Assembly (NCBI GenBank): GCA_021846045.1
Contig: JAJZCM010000004.1
Span: 1,244 to 65,243, forward strand
Length of the DNA stretch: 64,000 nucleotides
Source of the DNA: a bacterium
GTDB lineage: Bacteria > Elusimicrobiota > Elusimicrobia > UBA1565 > UBA9628
Direction of reading: 5' to 3'
The translations under genes were made by a program, and so were the position numbers. Shown in pieces: positions 58,263 to 64,000 of this stretch. Positions within the stretch are counted from its first letter, which is position 1. Each line of letters begins with the position of its first letter. The notes below the pieces were generated by a model. The model was given only the letters and a program-made list of their open reading frames with translations, made no database searches and had not been told where the DNA came from.

Positions 58263-58574
58263 TTACTTTCCGGGGTTTTTGGCCTTGGGAATCAGCCGGT
58301 CGAAGTCTTCCCCGCGCAGGGTTTCCTTTGTCCTCAACTCTTCCGCTGCGGCTTTGAAAACTTCCCAGTTGCTTTCAAGAGTGGTCCGAGCCGTCTGGTA
58401 GGCGTCTTCTACGAAAGAGTTGACCTCGGCGTCGATGGCCTTTTTGGTCTCTTCGCTCCTCGGCTTTTGGTTTTGTCGTTCGTTTTCAAATCCATAGCTG
58501 ACGCGCCCGATTTTTTCGGACATTCCAAATTTCATGACCATGTATGTGGCGATTTCGGTCGCTTTTTCAAGATC
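58263..58574 (-). pseudogene. FtsH / peptidase M41 C-terminal fragment abutting IS3 copy B
   Basis: SDLEKATEIATYMVMKFGMSEKIG, SEETKKAIDAEV, KETLRGEDF; no AAA domain or HEXXH. Confidence 0.82.
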
Positions 58575-58942
58575 TGAGGCGCTCCCAGTTCTTCGGACCA
58601 CGGTTGACCTGATTTGAGCTGGTCTTTGCCGTCTCACCGAAATCTCCGGGGGGCCAAGTTCTATCATCGCCCGCCGCTCCTCAAGTCCAGGGCCCCATTT
58701 TTTTAGCCACTCCAGCTCCACTTTCAGCCGACCTATCTGCTCGTAAAGATCCGCCTCAAGCGCATCATCGGGACTCCGGCTTGCCATCTCGTTGAGCGTC
58801 CGGTCTTCACTCAACGCGGACACCACCACGCGCGCTTTGAAGTCCGCACTATACTGTTTCTGCAGTTTTCGCATCTTTTTGCTCCCCATTTAAGGTCATT
58901 TTACCACCTCAGCCCCTGGTCCGAATTTTTGGGAGCGCCTCT
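58575..58942 (-). mobile_element. IS3-family remnant (copy B), different internal deletions
   Basis: 58-bp end identical to 55012-55069; the other end matches 55560-55624; OrfA LYEQIGRLKVELEWLKK, OrfB start EERRAMIE..ISVRRQ. Confidence 0.88.
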
Positions 58943-59046
58943 CTTTTGTCGGGCAGGTGGAGCGTGGTCTTAAAAAACCAAGTCTTAGGACGCTTAAAAT
59001 CCTGGCGTTGGTCTTTGAAATTAAGGCGGGAGAACTTCTTGATGAA
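58942..59046 (+). pseudogene. XRE-family HTH regulator, C-terminal fragment
   Basis: SFVGQVERGLKKPSLRTLKILALVFEIKAGELLDE; N-terminus replaced by the IS3 end. Confidence 0.7.
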
Positions 59047-59071
59047 TCTTCCCGCCGCGCTCCCGCCTATC

Positions 59072-59326
59072 CTCTCGTCCCTAAAAATGACTCAAACCTA
59101 TCTTGGAATCATGACGGAGCCTCTTCAGCAGGGCGTAAGACAGGTAGACGCGATACTGCCCGAGGCTTTTCTGGAGGAGCCCACCTCGCCTGAAATGAGC
59201 GAGGTTGCTGGAGTTTGCTCCAGTTTGCTGGACGTATCAGTCCCTCAAATTGGACACCACTGTGGACACCAACCCCTTTTGGAGCCCGAAGCTAATATTG
59301 AAAAAACTGTTACAATAGCAATGTAA
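59072..59326 (+). pseudogene. Possible tyrosine-integrase C-terminal remnant
   Basis: LSSLKMTQTY resembles GHSSxKMTxxY; contains tandem TGGACACCA repeats; stop 1 nt before the tRNA. Confidence 0.5.
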
Positions 59327-59327
59327 T

Positions 59328-59399
59328 GGGCCTGTAGTTCAACGGATAGAGCGCGTGGCTTCGAACCACGAGATCCGGGTTCGATTCCTGGCGGGCCCA
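59328..59399 (+). tRNA. tRNA-Arg (anticodon TCG), CCA not encoded
   Basis: Acceptor GGGCCTG/CGGGCCC; anticodon arm CGTGG-CTTCGAA-CCACG; T-arm CCGGG-TTCGATT-CCTGG. Confidence 0.95.
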
Positions 59400-59520
59400 A
59401 ACTTCTTCCTTCATTCATTACCTGCTTCGATTATTTTGTAACAAAAAAGCCCTTGAAATAATCTTGTTCGGGGGCTATCCTTGCTTCAGGATTGGTACGC
59501 TTATTTCTTTGGAGGAAGGT

Positions 59521-60483
59521 ATGAAATATTGGGTTTACATTGACGGCAAAGTTCCCGGCGCCTATTCGGCAGATGAGTTGTGGCGGCTTTCCGGTTTTTC
59601 CTCAACCACCTTGGTTTGTTCGGCTGAGGGAGAAATTCAAGACAAGAACTGGCGCTATGCCGGGGAATTTTCCGAGATTGCCCAGGCCGGAAAGAAGCAG
59701 ACTTTCCGCCCGCCGGCGCCGCCGTCGGCTGAAAACGGGCTTTTAGGGGTTGAAAATCCCGCGGAAGCCCTTGAGTCGGCCGAGGCCAAGATTTTTCTTC
59801 ATGTAAAAGAGCTGATGTCGGAAATCGAAGGCGCCCGGCGCGAAAAAAATCTCCGCGTTTCTTTGCAGGACCGGGTTGAGGGCATGAACCGTGATTTGAA
59901 GCAGGGGCTGGAGGAAAAATCATCCCTTGAGAAGAAGGTCGCAGCGATGGAAAAAGATTTATCACGATTGAATAAGGAGGGTCGGGAGAGTTCTGAGCGT
60001 CTCAACATCCTTTTAAAGGAAAGGGAAGAAGCCGTGGCCTTGCTCAAGGCCGATTTTGAGAAAGAGCATTCCCAGTCCGAACGACTCAAGGGCCAGATTA
60101 AGGAACTTTCCGAAGATTTAGCGATTCGCAACGGATTGGTCAATCGCCTAGCTGAGGATTTGGCGGACAAGGAAAAAAATTTAATGCAGTCTCTCGGGAT
60201 CATCAAAAGACTGGAAGAAGAATTGCGCGGAATTTCCCCCAATCGGACGGTTGGGGAAGATGCGTCTTCCATTAAAGCTTCCGAGGCCGAGCCCGCTGAT
60301 GAGCGCCCCTTGCCTTCGGTGGGAAACAGCGCCTCGCCTCAAATATCTTCCGGATCCGCCGTTTCTTCCGGCGAGTCCAACGGCGGAAAAAAAGGCGGAT
60401 TTTTCTTCAAGAATCGTCATCAAGCTCCCTCTAACTCCGCCTCCATATCACTCCTGCAGCTAAAGAAGAGCATCAGGGATTAA
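59521..60483 (+). CDS. GYF_2-like domain + long coiled-coil protein
   Basis: MKYWVYIDGKVPGAYSADEL..TLVC..W; SD GGAGG; heptad repeats; no TM seen. Confidence 0.75.
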   Translation: MKYWVYIDGKVPGAYSADELWRLSGFSSTTLVCSAEGEIQDKNWRYAGEFSEIAQAGKKQTFRPPAPPSAENGLLGVENPAEALESAEAKIFLHVKELMSEIEGARREKNLRVSLQDRVEGMNRDLKQGLEEKSSLEKKVAAMEKDLSRLNKEGRESSERLNILLKEREEAVALLKADFEKEHSQSERLKGQIKELSEDLAIRNGLVNRLAEDLADKEKNLMQSLGIIKRLEEELRGISPNRTVGEDASSIKASEAEPADERPLPSVGNSASPQISSGSAVSSGESNGGKKGGFFFKNRHQAPSNSASISLLQLKKSIRD

Positions 60484-60485
60484 AA

Positions 60486-60562
60486 TTAGCAGTCGCCGGC
60501 AGCGATTGACAACTCTGTTTTTCTTTATGCTATAATTAGCAGAGAAGGTGAGCGATTGCTAA
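60486..60562 (+). promoter_or_regulatory. groESL promoter with two CIRCE-like (HrcA) operators
   Basis: TTAGCA-N15-TGACAA (60486-60512), TTAGCA-N15-TGCTAA (60536-60562); TTGACA 60506-60511; TGC-TATAAT 60528-60536. Confidence 0.8.
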
Positions 60563-60597
60563 AGTCGCTCTATCAAATATCAGGAGGATTGCAAGGT

Positions 60598-60909
60598 ATG
60601 GCAGAAGCAACTCTGACGAAAGTGAAAATACAGCCTCTCGGGGATCGCGTTTTGGTGAAACCCATCGAGGCCAAGGAAACCAAGCGCGGCGGGCTCATTA
60701 TTCCCGACACCGCGAAGGAAAAGCCGCAGGAAGGCGAGATCGTCGCCTGCGGAAAAGGGAAAACCGCCGAAGATGGCAAAGTTCTCCCAATGGACGTCAA
60801 GGCCGGAGACAAGATTTTGTACGGAAAATACTCCGGATCTGAAATCAAAATCGACGATCAAGACTACCTGATCATGCATCAGGATGACATTCTCGGAATC
60901 CTGAAATAA
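60598..60909 (+). CDS. groES: Co-chaperonin GroES
   Basis: [37 protein letters not shown]. Confidence 0.98.
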   Translation: MAEATLTKVKIQPLGDRVLVKPIEAKETKRGGLIIPDTAKEKPQEGEIVACGKGKTAEDGKVLPMDVKAGDKILYGKYSGSEIKIDDQDYLIMHQDDILGILK

Positions 60910-60921
60910 CTGGAGGAATAA

Positions 60922-62553
<1,632 letters not shown>

Positions 62554-62591
62554 TTAATCGAAAAAGGGGACAGTTCCCTTTTGGAGACAGG

Positions 62592-62623
62592 CCCCCGGGT
62601 CGAAAGGCCCGGGGGTTTTTTTT
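62592..62623 (+). terminator. Intrinsic terminator of groESL
   Basis: CCCCCGGGTC-GAAA-GGCCCGGGGG followed by T8. Confidence 0.88.
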
Positions 62624-62626
62624 GGA

Positions 62627-63001
62627 TTATTTTTTGCGGCGTTGCCGGCTTTTCATTATTTCAACGACGACTTCCCGAGTTTTTGGCATGGCCACGGGCC
62701 TTTTGTGAACTCGGACCAGAACCGAATCCAAGCGAGGTTCTTCGTCTAAGACATGCAGGGCGATTTCCCAGGCCAAGCGCTCGATTAAAAGGCGCTCTCC
62801 TTTTTCGGCCAAGGACCTGGCAAGCCTTTCGATTTTAAAGTAGTTGGCGCTCAGCTTCAGGACATCGCGGCGGCCTGCCGCGGTTAAATCAAGGGTTAAA
62901 ACAAGATCGAGGGTGATTTTTTGGGGCTTTTTTCTCTCTTCAAGAGTGACGCCCAAGCGGCTTTCGCATTCGATTCCGAGGATTTCAATTTTAGAGCTCA
63001 T
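62627..63001 (-). CDS. folB: Dihydroneopterin aldolase
   Basis: LGVTLEERKKPQ, ANYFKI, LLIERLA, VRVHK. Confidence 0.88.
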   Translation of the reverse strand: MSSKIEILGIECESRLGVTLEERKKPQKITLDLVLTLDLTAAGRRDVLKLSANYFKIERLARSLAEKGERLLIERLAWEIALHVLDEEPRLDSVLVRVHKRPVAMPKTREVVVEIMKSRQRRKK

Positions 63002-63027
63002 AAGGACTAAATGATATAATGATTCTT

Positions 63028-63954
63028 ATGAGCGATTCCAGAAAAATTATCGTTATTGGATCCGGCCCTGCGGCCTATACCGCCGCGATTTATTCCGCCC
63101 GGGCGGATTTGAACCCTTTGATCATTGGCGGAATGGCCACCGGCGGCCAGTTGATGCTGACTTCCGAAGTTGAAAATTTTCCCGGTTTTCCGGAGCCGGT
63201 TCTGGGCCCGGAATTGATGGAGCGCATGAAAAAGCAGTGCGAACGCCTGGGGGTGTCGATCATTGCCGAGGACGTCTCGAAAATCGACTTATCCTCCCGC
63301 CCTTTTAAGATTGAGACGACCGAGAGCAAGGCCTTTACCTCTGAGACCGTTATTATCGCCACCGGAGCCACCGCCCAATGGCTGGGCCTAGAATCTGAGA
63401 GGCAATTGAGGGGGCATGGAGTCAGCGCCTGCGCTACCTGCGATGGTTTTTTCTTTAAAGGAAAAGACGTGGTCGTTGCCGGAGGCGGAGACACGGCCTT
63501 GGAAGAGGCTTTGTTTCTTTCTAAATTCGCCAGTAAGGTCATTGTCGTCCATCGCCGCGACCAATTGCGCGCCTCCAAGATCATGCAGGAGCGGGCTTTT
63601 AAGAACCCCAAGCTGTCTTTCGTTTGGGATTCGGCTATTTCCGAGGTTTTGGGCGCCGGACACGTTTCCGGGGTTCGCGTTAAAAATATCAAGACCGAAA
63701 AAATTTCCGACATTCCCTGCCACGGGTTTTTTGTCGCTATCGGTCATAAACCGACGGTGGATTTTTTGGGCGGACAGCTAAAACTCGATGATCATGGTTC
63801 TATCGTCACCGACGGTCGAACGCGGACTTCCGTTCCCGGGGTTTTTGCCGCCGGAGACGTGATGGATTCCCGCTACCGCCAAGCCGTCACCGCCGCCGGG
63901 ACCGGCTGCATGGCTGCTCTTGAGGCCGAGCGGTTTTTGGCCGGAGAAAAATAA
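63028..63954 (+). CDS. trxB: Thioredoxin reductase
   Basis: IGSGPAAYTAAIY, VENFPGF, CATCDG, GGGDTALEEA, AAGDV..YRQA. Confidence 0.97.
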   Translation: MSDSRKIIVIGSGPAAYTAAIYSARADLNPLIIGGMATGGQLMLTSEVENFPGFPEPVLGPELMERMKKQCERLGVSIIAEDVSKIDLSSRPFKIETTESKAFTSETVIIATGATAQWLGLESERQLRGHGVSACATCDGFFFKGKDVVVAGGGDTALEEALFLSKFASKVIVVHRRDQLRASKIMQERAFKNPKLSFVWDSAISEVLGAGHVSGVRVKNIKTEKISDIPCHGFFVAIGHKPTVDFLGGQLKLDDHGSIVTDGRTRTSVPGVFAAGDVMDSRYRQAVTAAGTGCMAALEAERFLAGEK

Positions 63955-64000
63955 TGCCCGCAGCGGAAGTCTCTCGCTCGCGTTTTCCTTCCTGGCTTCG

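Noticed and set aside
58946-59326. 126-aa ORF as a real gene
   Set aside because: Its frame crosses a junction between an HTH fragment (other frame) and an integrase-like tail; better explained as debris.
63954-64000. Possible gene starting at ATG 63954 (TAATG overlap with trxB)
   Set aside because: Only 15 codons are visible before the window edge; cannot be supported.

Overview
Bacterial chromosome segment, mostly housekeeping genes on the + strand. Elusimicrobiota is a tentative guess from gene order and the lineage-type hypothetical proteins; it is an inference only. 1-14.5 kb: the S10-spc-alpha ribosomal superoperon from the rplC 3' end to rplQ, including secY, adk, map, infA, rpmJ and rpoA; rpmD is absent. 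14.5-23.9 kb: mreBCD-mrdA-rodA, RNase E/G, an amidase and murI. 24-33.6 kb: hypothetical-Rho-like-RidA, class II ribonucleotide reductase, DsbA/MauE, a response regulator, an AmgK-RapZ fusion and a MurU-like gene. 33.6-49.7 kb: mixed accessory genes (phosphoesterase, GlpD-like, internally deleted acyl-CoA ligase, ferredoxin reductase, PilT, nth, an ABC substrate-binding protein, a GYF_2/TPR-SpoIID operon, a signal-peptide PD-(D/E)xK protein). 49.8-54.9 kb: korAB-sucCD. 54.9-59.4 kb: a decayed mobile-element region (two IS3 remnants, an IS1634 fragment, ftsH, HTH and integrase fragments) ending at tRNA-Arg(UCG). 59.5-64 kb: a GYF_2 protein, groES-groEL with tandem CIRCE-like sites, folB and trxB. 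Most notable: (1) a CGTC-REP hairpin dimer packaged inside two different MITE-like shells with target duplications; (2) a Rho lacking its N-terminal RNA-binding domain, replaced by an Arg-rich disordered peptide and coupled to an unknown gene and RidA; (3) a signal-peptide protein with a C-terminal PD-(D/E)xK nuclease motif; (4) a TPR-SpoIID protein lacking the catalytic Glu; (5) an acyl-CoA ligase with two in-frame deletions. All family assignments come from motif recognition by eye; no database searches were run.
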